A DNA stretch of 64,000 nt, taken from assembly GCA_964247055.1 (NCBI GenBank), contig OZ176055.1, positions 1,860,001 through 1,924,000 on the forward strand, read 5' to 3'. Shown piece by piece: positions 39,730 to 51,268 of the stretch; the first letter of the stretch is position 1; each line of letters starts with the position of its first letter. Made by a program: the position numbers and the translations under genes. The notes below the pieces were generated by a model that saw nothing but the letters and a program-made list of their open reading frames with translations, had not been told where the DNA came from and did not search any database. The DNA is from Paragordius varius (Eukaryota; Animalia; Nematomorpha).

Positions 39730-42163
39730 CAGTGATACTCAAACCGCGGCCCGCGGGCCGCATGCGGCCCGCAGTGTGCTTTAAAAATGCACTATGACTG
39801 ATATTGAATTTTTTTTAAATAATATTTATTTTTTACCCAATTTGAAATGTAGAAAAATTTTCTACATTAAAATGATTTTAAAATTTATGATTTATGGGCA
39901 CACGTTGTTTCTTCTTCTTTTCTTTTTGAAATTTTTATTGCATTTCTTTTTTGTTTTCACCCATTGCACATACATTTCATTGCTATCCTGCATCATTTTT
40001 AAAACTCATTCTCATAAAATATTTTCAACTCAATATCATTAAATTTCGACCTGTTTTTTATAGCATAATTCAATTTATATTCCTATCTTTTTTACATAAT
40101 ATTTAAACATAAATTCAAAGGATGACATCTAATGCCAAAAATCGTAAATTATCCGATGAAAATCGCTCCTTTAAAAAAGAATGGGAAACTAATTTTTTTG
40201 TCGTTTTAAATAACAATGTTGCTACCTGCCTTATATGCAAAAACAACATAATTATAAAAAAATTCAATATTGAAAGACATTTTAAAATCCATCATTCTCA
40301 TAAATTACCAGAAAATCTTGAGGAAAGAAATGAAAAATATAAAAATTTTAAGGAATTATACGAGAAAGAAAAATCTATTATGGCCATAGCTTTTTCCCAG
40401 GAAAAAGCTGTAACATTAGCTTCGTATGAAATATGCTATATTTTAGGAAAAAATATGAAACCGTTTACTGATTCCCAACTAATAAAAGAATGTTTAATAA
40501 ATGGTTGCACTTTTTTATTTGATAAATTCCATAATAAAGATCAAATCATGAGGCAAATTAAAAAACTTCAACTTTCTGATTCAACATGTGCTCGACGCAT
40601 TGAAGATATGTCTAAATATATTTTTAACAATACATTATTGGCTCTGAAAAATTGCAAATACTTCAGTATTGCAATCGATTCTAGCACTGATATAAGTTCA
40701 ACACCTCAATGTGCGCTCTTCGTGAGAATTTGCAACGACAACAAAATCAACGAGGAATATTTGAAATTTTTACCAATGAATACACAAAAGGCAGTGATTT
40801 TCTTGAAGTAATTAGCACCTTTTTCGATAATAATGGTATATCTATGAAAAAATTGGTTTCGATTTGCTCAGATGGCTGTCCCTCTATGATTGGAATAAAC
40901 AAAGGGTTTATTTCTCTTTTAAAAAACAAATATAATTTGCAAAATCTATTATCCTTTCACTGCTTTATTCATCAGCAAAACTTGGTTTCGCGTGTAAAAG
41001 ATGAATCACTAAATTTAGTAATTAAAACGGTTGTGGATATAGTTAACTACATCCGTGGCAGAGAATTCAATCACCGTAAATTCAAAAACCTTCTGAAAGA
41101 TATCCACAGTGAGTTTGATGATATTCTTTTGTACACCGCTGTGAGATGGCTAAGCCTTAGCAAAGTATTGAATAGATTTTTTGATTTAAGACATGAAATT
41201 CTATTATTTATAAAAGATAACAGAAAGTTTGACGAGGAAATTAATAGTGACAAATGGTGGGTTTTATTAGCCTACCTTTGCGACATTACTTATAAACTTT
41301 TTAATACAAGTCTTCAAGGGAGCAAAATAATAACCCAATTTGCTAATCATATATTTGCTTTTGAAGATAAATTAATAATATATAAACAAGATTTTATAGA
41401 TAAAACACTCCTACATTTTCCAACACTCAAAACGATTTATAAAGAAAATATGGAATTTACCGCGGATATTAATTTAATAATAGACAATCATTTAACATTT
41501 TTATCTAATGAAATAATTCAGATTTCAATAATTAAAAAATATAAAAAATTGCTTAAAGCTAGTGGAAAATCCATGGCATATGGATATATCCAACATTAAG
41601 CAACTTGAGCTTTTCGGTTTTGATCAGGCGGTTATCATTGAAGAATTCGTTGATTTTAAAAATGATTCCAGTTTGGAATCTATATTTAAGGAAAACCGTT
41701 GAGAAGAAAGATATGTAGAGTTTTGGCAAGTTGTGCCAAATAAATATGAAAATATAAAAAAATGTGCTCAAGTTGTCTTAACTATTTTTCCATCAACTTA
41801 CACATGTGAGACGGCATATTCAGTATATTAAGAATACTTACAGAAATCGCTTAACTAATGATCATATGGACGACGTATTAAGAATGGCCTGCCATGAGGC
41901 GAAACCAAATTTGTCAAAAATTATTGGTTAATATTAAAATAAATGTTGTTATCAATATATTTTAATTTTTAAAACTAAATGGTACAAAACGAATTTTTAG
42001 CTGGATTTACATGCGACCCGCAAAAAATTTATTGTGCTGATTTAGAGTATAAATATGTGCGTTGTCAAATAGCTATGGAATATTTGCCATTATAAGGTTC
42101 ATGGCCCTCGAAAAAAAAATATGTTTTATTTGGCCCGTCAAATTTTTTTGGTGAGTACCACTG
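39730..42163 (+). mobile_element. hAT DNA transposon, Buster/Charlie/SPIN type, full length with frameshifted transposase
   Basis: TIRs CAGTGATACTCA and TGAGTACCACTG; perfect 8-bp TSD CTCTAAAT (39722-39729 and 42164-42171); subterminal GCGGCCCGCGGGCCGCATGCGGCCCG. Transposase in broken frames 40122-41930 with SIAIDSSTD, SDGCPSM, CFIH, RWLS and STYTCE. Confidence 0.93.
40122..41930 (+). pseudogene. hAT transposase pseudogene (GTF2IRD2/EPM2AIP1/ZBED-like)
   Basis: ORFs 40122-40811 and 40709-41599 overlap in different frames. The C-terminal dimerisation region (FWQVVPNKY..STYTCETAYS..RNRL) lies in further frames with stops. Confidence 0.85.
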
Positions 42164-43499
42164 CTCTAAATAGTGTAAAAAACGCTTCAACAAAATTTTG
42201 CTGAAATATAATTTTTTTAAAATTATGCATTTTTTAAAAATATTTTAAAGTTGATATCAAAATTTGGCATCTTAAAATTTTATCGGGCAATTTCTGAGTT
42301 TTTTAGTTTATTTTAAGAGAACCATTTCATTTTTGGAGGGCGAAAAAATTAGGAACTTTTGTAACCATCTCAGAAATCTATTACAAATGTTCTTTTTTTT
42401 CTATAGAATATTTTGTTGAAATAAAGCCAAAATTTGATTAACGAAATGTGCAAAATTGCCATTTTCTGATATGGAGCAGATACCAAAATGTAAATGTCCA
42501 GCATCATGAATTTTAGAAAAAGTGTTAAATCTAAAAGCGTTTTTATACAGTTCTCATCATGCCTCAAAATAGTAAGAAGTAATTTTCAAAAAACCTTTCT
42601 TAAAAATTACATTTTTGAAAAGAGTATGCATTTTTTGAGAACATTTTTATTTGATATCAAAATTTAGCATTATCTAATATTTTTAGATGGCGCAAATATA
42701 CCATTTGAGTGTTTTTTAATAGAACTAGCAGCCTGTCATCTTCTATAATGTAGCACTTATCACTCAATTGAAAATAACTTTCTTAAATCACTCGTAATGG
42801 CCTCAATCCAGGGCACCATTATTATCTTCTATAATATATATTCACCAGCTTATCTTTTGTGGAGACTGTGTATATATTACATTTTCTATGTATAATGTAT
42901 ATTTTATAAAGCTTTTGGCTTTATATAATATTTTATTTGATATGGTGCGCCCTAATTTTGTGTTTATATCTATGGATTGGCTCTAATATCCCTATAATTT
43001 TCTTTCATGACTTGTAGAGCTCAAATCCAAACGATTCATGAGAATCCTGATTTTACGAACAGAATATATATTTTTATCTTCAATTTCGTGCATGTGGAAT
43101 AGCAGAAAAATAGGATCACTTATATAATCCAATTTTAACCGCATATTTGGCATTTCTTATCATAACTCTTTTGGTTATAAGGAAGAATTTATAATTTTTT
43201 AAATTATGAAAGTCTAACAAATGGAAACCAAATTTTGTCGAATATATTAAGTAATTAGTTATTAATCTTGGGCCCAAACCAAATGAAATAATAAAGTTTA
43301 ATGCTAAATGAATCCAAGAAGTTTGATACGGAACTTTTTTTCAAAAGTGCATTTAAATATTTTGGCTTATTATAATTTTTTTAGGATCGTTTCCTACAAT
43401 AATTTATTTTGTCTGGGTATTTAGATACCCGTGGTAATTAATTACATTAAAGTCATCCACCTGATTACTGCGTGTTTCCATAAATCATATGAATCAAAA

Positions 43500-46400
43500 A
43501 TGTTCACTTTGGCACAATGTTCTTGGGCTTTAAACACACCTTTGCATGATGCCATCAATGATGAAGACGATGATATAATCGATTCCATTTTGAGTGACAA
43601 TAATGATTGTCAAAATTATTTGAATTGTCGTAATCTTATGGGATGTACACCAATTATGTTAGCTGTAAAAAGTATTTTTTCCATTTGATTACGTCTTTAA
43701 AATAATATCATTGGATGGTCATACCACAAATTATACTTTATAATATGATTAATAACAGTTATATATTTTAATAAAGATGTTTGTGGGATGTAAAATTATT
43801 CTTACTAAGTTCTTCCAAATAAACACTAAATAAATAAATTATAAGTTTTATACACAAATATTTTTTTGATAAGAATATTTTAAATATTGAGTAAACGATT
43901 AATAAATTATTTAAATTTTAACATGTTGCTTCTCATTAACATTGGTTTGGTTATAATTACAATATTGCATCGATTCAAAAATTGAAGCAATTCCGTATAC
44001 ACTTGATCCTAAAATTGGTTATATATTGTTAAAGCATGATTAGACTTTAAAATTGACATCAACATGATATCGAATATATTATGTGTAATATATTTTTAAT
44101 TTCAACCTTCTTGCTAAACAAACATTATAAGACAACCAAAATGGCCTTTACTAATGAGTTGCATTTAATAAAATATATTGCAACAGCTTTAGTAACTAAT
44201 AAACTTAAAATTATAATTGCCTAGCCCTAAAGAGACAATTAATTTAGATATGGGCTTTATATACATATTAATTGATGGAGTAATATTAAAAAAGGCATGC
44301 AAATGAATTAAACTTAAATCCAAGGAATTGTAAATTTAAAATTAGAATACTGGGCAGTACAAGCATTAAGGCGAAAACTGTGAGATGGTTTGATTGTATT
44401 GAGAGATGAAATGAATCATGCATTTAAAGAGATATACATTTTTTATTGTAATGGTTAACGTAATGTATGAGTATCAAAATAAATGATTTAATAATAAAAA
44501 GGTTTCGGCTAATTTAATTTATGGTAAAAGATGTCAAGAATGGAGGTTCATTATTGTTAATTGTATCCCTAGGTTATTTTTTTGAAACTTAGTGCTTTTT
44601 TGCACAGGGTGCGATTATATTGAGATATAAAATACAAGTAGATAATTCTCCAATAATCGTATGTGCGCAGTGTTAATGGGGTCGGCCCCTATTACTTTTT
44701 CTTTTAGAAGAGGTGTGGACACATAGTTTAATCTAATAATATTTAATCTATATTGCTTTAGGAAAACAATATACCTTTTCTCCACGATTTTACTTTTTGG
44801 TAATCATTATATTTGATATGATAATAATAGATGAAGCTATCAATCTAATACAACGATTGTTAGAGCTGGGTGCCGATCCCGACATACCAGACATCAAAGG
44901 ACAAACTTGCCTTATGGCCGCCGTGTTGAAAGATAATTTAGAATTGGTTGAATTGTTTGCCAATCGGCACATTAAATCAAATCCTGAAGGCAATAGCCAA
45001 AATATTTCATCCCCCCTTCATTGTGCCGCTATGCAAGGAAATGCTGATGTTGTTAAGGTAAATCTATTAAGGACTTAATTATCAGCATATTTTGTTTTTT
45101 ACTTCATTTAATGACTTTTAAATTAAAATAAATACTTAACAGAGTCAATACATCTATATCAGATTATATTTGCCTTGAAACCCTTTATTTGTGTCATTTT
45201 GTTATAAATATTACAGTAAAAATATATTTTTTTTTAATTTTAATACTTTGTCTATTTATAATTATAGCATCTTTTGGATTATGGGGCTAACCCAAACGCC
45301 TCAAGAGTAAATTTGGGATTGCTAAGTACGCCATTGGGTATGGCTCTGTGCAAAGGGCATATACAAGTCATTAAAGTAAAAATTATTTTTAAATGTTTAC
45401 TCAAATATTCGGAGTGTTATAACACCTAAATGCTAAGCCATTTTCGTAAATAAATAAGTTTATTTGAAATTCATCCTTTAAATTTATTTTTCATACACTA
45501 TCCCAATTTATATTGAAAAAATAAGTTCATTTAAGGAACTTTAGGCTTTTTTTAAAGCCTCTTTCGTAGTTCTCAACCCTTTTTTGTTCACGCCCTACCA
45601 ATAATTTGCAAAAATCATGTTTGAAAGAGCAAAAATTATTATAAATTATAAAAATTACAATCAATGTGATATGCCGCAATCGTTGGAATATTATTCCATA
45701 TCGCTGATTTATCTTATAATTTGGCCCTGAAATATAAAATTAACCTTCAATTCGTTTTGTTTTTTAATTATACAGGGTTGGAAATCCAGTTTAGCTAAAT
45801 TCGTTTCAAAAAGGTATTAAATTACCTAATACAATAGATGATTTTGGATTTAGTTTATGCTCTTTTATTCAAAATTTATCGATATTAAGATTATAAAGTG
45901 GTTTTTACCAATTAAACCATCCTTAAACTCTAGCGCATCTGCCTGCACTTCTGTCGAAACTGTGTTTGCATCAACTGTTAATTAACTTAAACTTTTTGTT
46001 AAGTGACCATACAGATTAGGGATATGAAAGGAATTCTTTATATTTAGCTCTTGATCCATGACAGCTTTTAAGTAAATACATTTATCGAATACTGTGGAAG
46101 ATATAATAATATGATTGATCACCTTGAAATTTTAAATTAAATTATTAATTTCTAAAAATAATTTAAAAGGGGGTTGCTTGTTGAAAATTTATGTTTTAAA
46201 TCCCGATCGAGTTTCTATTTGCCCTGTTCATCCAAAAAAATTAAAACTTTACAATTTATATAGACTCCGTATCACATTCCCCTTTGATTCAATAATATTA
46301 AATAAACCAATTATTAAATAATAGTAGACTCTTTGTTTATACACAAATTCAAGGTCGTTTCTCCAAATATTTTGCGTCCATCTTACATTTTTCTGGTATC

Positions 46401-48521
46401 CCAATTTTGGGAACCACTGTTCCACATAGTTAACTAAGTTGTCTATATTTAACACATGTGGTCAAATTAGTGACAGAAACCTAAAATATTTTAAAAGATT
46501 TATCCTAATAGTGTGTTTAGAAGCTAGTCGCGTAGCGACTCTTAGCTTTCTCATAAATATGTGTTTTCCATTCCAGACCACGAAACTTTCGAATTATTAC
46601 GGAGAGGGTAAGATTTTGCACTGATTTAATGAGAGAAACCGCTTTTTAGGCTGCCTCTTTTGCTTATCCCTTTAGTCAACCCAAGGATTAGGTTTTTTTC
46701 AGGGAATCGGATTGAAGAATGTGGCTTAGTTTCTTTAATTGCTTGTAGATCGCCAGATTGTCAAGTAAAAATTCTTAGTAATTAAATCGGTAAGCATTCA
46801 CACCATACATAAATAATGATTATCAAGAATCGGCTGTTAATATTCAAATGAATTAACTTCCATGTATTTTAAAATGTTTTTAGCATTTTTTGACATGGAA
46901 AGACAAACAATTGTTTTTATATTTTGCTGGAGCTTTTAAATTAAAATTTATATTATTAATTTAATAATAATTTTTATTTAAACTACAATATACCCAGTTA
47001 CTGCTGCAATACGGTGCCAATGTGGCATTTTATTCACCGCGATGTGAAACAAGCCTTAGTGTTTTAGGTTATTCCCCTCAATCTTCTAATTCATTAAACA
47101 CTCGCAATAGAGAAAATGATAATTTAATCCTTGATAGCAACGGTTTTAATTTGGAAAAAAGCCCTGTGAGAACTTCTAACAGTAGTTCAAAACCCAATAA
47201 TCAATACGATGTATATATAAACACCAGGACATATTTCCATGCTGTGTTGACTCACGTTCCCCCCAAATATACTGTGGACCTTAGTCATACACCCATGTCA
47301 CAATTCAATGATTTGGGTACTGATGTAAACTTAACGCAAAATGGACAAGAATATCATCATATGCATGAATGGAAAGAAAATGGTTTAAAGCAATATGCAT
47401 ATATCAAATATTTACTTAAGATACTGATTGCTTCGGGCTTAAAACCTTTCATATACGCCCTTAAGAAGAAAGAACCTATCTCTGCATCACGGACAGTCAA
47501 TGGCGTATCGCAGGTTCCAACTCACCGAAGGCGACCCGATAATCAATCGTTTTGGTCGGCCAATTTTGCCGAACAAGTTTTACGAAATAATAATAATCAT
47601 AACAGAAATGATGGCCATAATCATAATTGTGAAAATGTTATAAACTCCTCTGATGATAATATAATTGATTATGATAAGATTGAATGTAAACCAAACCTTG
47701 CACAAAAATCAGCTGATCCTGTAAAAATACCGGAGGCCCCTATTAGGCTCACTCCTTTCCAAGCAAGAAAAAAAGCAATCTCCTTCTTTCCTTGTCAAAC
47801 AGCGACAGAACTCAAACGAGCAGAATCGCAATGGGCCTTTGGATTGACCCTTAAAGAACTTTATGAGCAACAGCACAATACTATAAATTATTACGAATAT
47901 GTTAATGGTAACGACACGGAAAATGATACCGCCGTGTTGTTGCGAGAATTTGTACCCCTAGAACGCGCTAAAGATTATTACGGAGCTGAAAATATAGAAT
48001 CTTTGATGGAACTTACATGTATATAACTTAATATTTTCAATTTTAATTTTTTTTATTTATTTAATCAGTAATTAATTTAATTTTATTATGTCTAAAATTT
48101 TTCCAGATATTTAAAAAATAGGGTATTTATGAATTTCAATATCCCACAAGACAGTTAAGTTTTTAAAAAGGTCTGCAACTTTAATGGTTGTATTATAAAA
48201 ACATTATATTTACAAATCGGAAAAGTGCACAAAAATCAGCATTTTATTCAAAAAAACCACGTTATGAGGGTGGTTTATTTACTTTATTAATTGATTTGGG
48301 GAGCTGTTTTCCGATAATGTAATAAAAATTGTATTTATTTAGCATGCCCTCTTTCCCTTTCCTGGCTTTGTCGTATAGTATTAAGAGGAATGCTAATTCG
48401 CCCCGATAAATCTGGAGCCCTGATAGCTTCAAATAAAATTGATCAATTGTGCTCAGACCTGGAGCTACCACATGTATTTCAAGATTTCTTACAACTAAAT
48501 CGTTGTAATTTAACCGATTGA
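43500..48521 (+). CDS. Ankyrin repeat and SOCS box-containing protein (ASB family), 568 aa
   Basis: Exons 43500-43671, 44831-45057, 45268-45375, 46998-48018, 48343-48521 total 1707 nt in frame. Ankyrin repeats: TPLHDAI, TPIMLAVKNEAINLIQRLLELGADPD, QTCLMAAV, SPLHCAAMQGNADVVKHLLDYGANPN, TPLGMALCKGHIQVIKLLLQYGANV. The last exon encodes the SOCS box CPLSLSWLCRIVLRGML...IDQLCSDLELPHVFQDFL. The start Met is tentative. Confidence 0.82.
46515..46835 (-). mobile_element. RTE LINE 3' fragment in ASB intron 3
   Basis: Broken frames give KLSHILQSDSL..NLILGLTKGISKRG and EWKTHIYEKAKSRYA. It carries the same AGTCG..CGACT stem as the other RTE copies. Confidence 0.6.
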
Positions 48522-49929
48522 TTTATTAATAAAATAGTGTGTTTTACTCATTTTTAATATCCCTATACATCTAATACATTGGAAGAAGGAAATAATCATG
48601 TGATAGATAATCTTATTTATATGTAAAATAAATTTATTTATTTAACATTGATTTTGAACCCATAAACCTTTTGATACATGAAATGGAAATAGGGTAATTA
48701 TTTTTATGAACATATATTGCCTTTACCGCAAATTCTTCGTGCAAAATTTTTGCCAATACTTGCATTAAATTTTTAAGAGATAGCAGAGTTATCTATCCCT
48801 AACATATTTGGATAATGAATTATTTAAAATATATACCATTTTGCTTTTTATAATGCAAGATATTTAGTAAAATATGCGAATCATACCCATCCCTTTTTCA
48901 AATGGGTGAATTTTCGTTCAAGCTTTAATTTTAAATTTATAACTCAGAAGGATTATTTTTGGCACGTTATAGATTATAAAATTCACTCACACATGTTTAT
49001 AATTAATATGTAAAAATTATTTTTTACTAATATTTTTTAGTTAAATAAATTTCATTTTAATATTTATAATTGCCATAGCTTCTCCAAAGTTTACTGAAGC
49101 GAAAGTAATTTGAAGTATGATGAAGAGGGTTATTTTTGAGCGAAATGCGCATTTTTTCAATAACAATTTTTTCGATGTCATCATTGGAAAATTAACCCAA
49201 TCTGAACATTTTTGTGTTTATGACAATAAAATTAGCCCGTTTTAGAGGGATCCTATTAATATATAGCTATTTAAACCTATTTAATTATATATTTTAATGA
49301 TTTTTTTAAATAAGTATTTAGCTTTCATCAAAAAAATTTATTTTGCATAATTTTTGCTAATTTTGTGATTTTTTCTATGGACGAATACCATAATAGAATA
49401 ATTTTTTATTCGTAGATCCCAAAACTAAAAGCGCCCTGAAAACCTCATACTCTTTACCAGAATATATATATTTCATCAGGCTTTTTTTTATGAGCATTGT
49501 CTGATTGGTTTTTGTTATTAACTTATGTTTTCGTTTCTCTCTTGTGTTGACAGTAAAAAACACGTATGTGTTTGCGACCCGTTAATCTTTTGGGTGAGTT
49601 CGAGTGTGTAAAACCTTGGTTTTGAAAACGTGTATGTACTTTTAATAAAGATGATGTTTAAATAATTTGACCAAAAAATAAAAGGGATTGACTGTAATTA
49701 ACTCTTAGCTTGTCCCCTTGATTATATATTTTTAACCATACAACTTGATTGTATGATTATTGTGCATTCAAAATGGAAGCAAAAGTTTCGCATTGGATTT
49801 TAATTCGTGTTAAGCGATAAAACAAAAACCCATTAATTAAATATTAGCTTTAATACAGAAACGTTAAATTTGATGATTTTTGAAATAAATAGGTAGAGTG
49901 GGATGAACCTTCACAGCCCTAAATAATTA

Positions 49930-50204
49930 CAGCAACAACTGAAATTATAGGGACAAAATGTAAGAATAAGGACAAATATTTTTTCTAAAAGACAACCATA
50001 CTTTTTTAAATCTAAATTTTTCCATATAAAATATTTATATACAAAATATAAAAAATATAATTGATTGCGTTATCAATATATCATTTTGTGCAATTTTTAA
50101 CAATTAATAAAATACTTCAAGATATAAAAATAGTGGCTGTCTTTTAGAAAAGAATATTTGTCTTTATATTTTTCGGGTTTGTCCTTATATTTCAATTTTT
50201 ACTG
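49930..50204. mobile_element. Tc1/mariner/pogo-type MITE with ~75-bp imperfect TIRs
   Basis: TA|CAGCAACAACTGAAAT..GGACAAATATT..TTCTAAAAGACA at the left is inverted against ..TGTCTTTTAGAAAAGAATATTTGTC..ATTTCAATTTTTACTG|TA at the right; TA flanks both ends. Confidence 0.75.
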
Positions 50205-50301
50205 TACGTGCGTGCATGAATCGTAAGAAATAAAAAGTTTGAATTATTTAATTTATTTATATCATATTACTTCTACCATTAATTTAGAAAAAATATTAAA
50301 A

Positions 50302-50580
50302 TTATCCCATAAACATGTAAGGATTCCGTTGGGGCGGAAAATTAAATTCGATTGGAACGTGTATTCGGTGATGGTAAGGATTATGATATCTATTATATTG
50401 GCCTAGCAAAAATCCCAAGGGCGTATTAAATACGTTTGTATCCAAATTATTTACAAAGTAACGGTTAATCCAAAGCCGCGGACTGGCTGAAACCAGATAT
50501 GTTGTTAATAACATCCCGAAAACGCAACATAATGAGATTGTGTTGACAAATTTTACAGACATTCTCTTTATCAATTTCAT
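50302..50580 (-). CDS. Putative small secreted peptide precursor (86-92 aa), no family recognised
   Basis: Stop-free ORF from ATG 50580 (or 50562) with a basic N-terminus, hydrophobic core (ISLCCVFGMLLTTYLV) and an SA-SP-type cleavage site. The mature part is rich in Y/F/H/N/P and ends PYMFMG*. It is more GC-rich than its flanks, with a ttttccag acceptor just upstream and an AATAAA ~45 nt downstream. Confidence 0.5.
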   Translation of the reverse strand: MKLIKRMSVKFVNTISLCCVFGMLLTTYLVSASPRLWINRYFVNNLDTNVFNTPLGFLLGQYNRYHNPYHHRIHVPIEFNFPPQRNPYMFMG

Positions 50581-51268
50581 AAGTTTAAACAAAATTTATT
50601 AAATAAATCTGGAAAATGGCAAATTAGAAATAAAACATATTAATTTTGGGAAATTAGATCCTTACAAAATTAGATTTAATAAAATTTAATTAACAATATT
50701 TTTATAATATACCTCCTCTTTTATATGTGTCCAAACAAATATGGGATTTTTAATATATTATAAAAATAAAACTCGGAATAAAATAGGAAAAATGAAAGTA
50801 AAAGTTAAATCTTACATTTATATTTAGATTCTTATCTCATTTTTAGAAACATATACAATCATATTGTACAGGTATTTCTTAAGACTTTGAATATACAACT
50901 AGGTAAAAAAGTAAAAAATGAAAAAGGCGTAATGTCGGTTAAAAATGGAAAAAATTAAATAAAATATGCTAAATCATTTGTTTCTAATTGAAAATTTCCC
51001 AAGAATAATTGGTAATTAGGCCATTCATAATTTTTTTATCTATTAGATATGGATCTTCGTTACGCTAAAATCAGCTATATAACTTCAAAAATAATACTTT
51101 TCTAAAATTCATTTATTGAATTCGCCCTATAATTATACGGAGATAACAAAATTTATTTATCATGTAGAAAAAATTATTTATAATATTGCATGTATTATAT
51201 TGGTATAAATATACAGTACATAATAAAAATGTGATCAATAGTAAAACTAAACATCAAAATGCTAAAAT

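Noticed and set aside
47022-48026. 334-aa ORF as a stand-alone gene
   Set aside because: It is exon 4 of the ASB gene, entered by the acceptor at 46997 and left by the donor at 48019.
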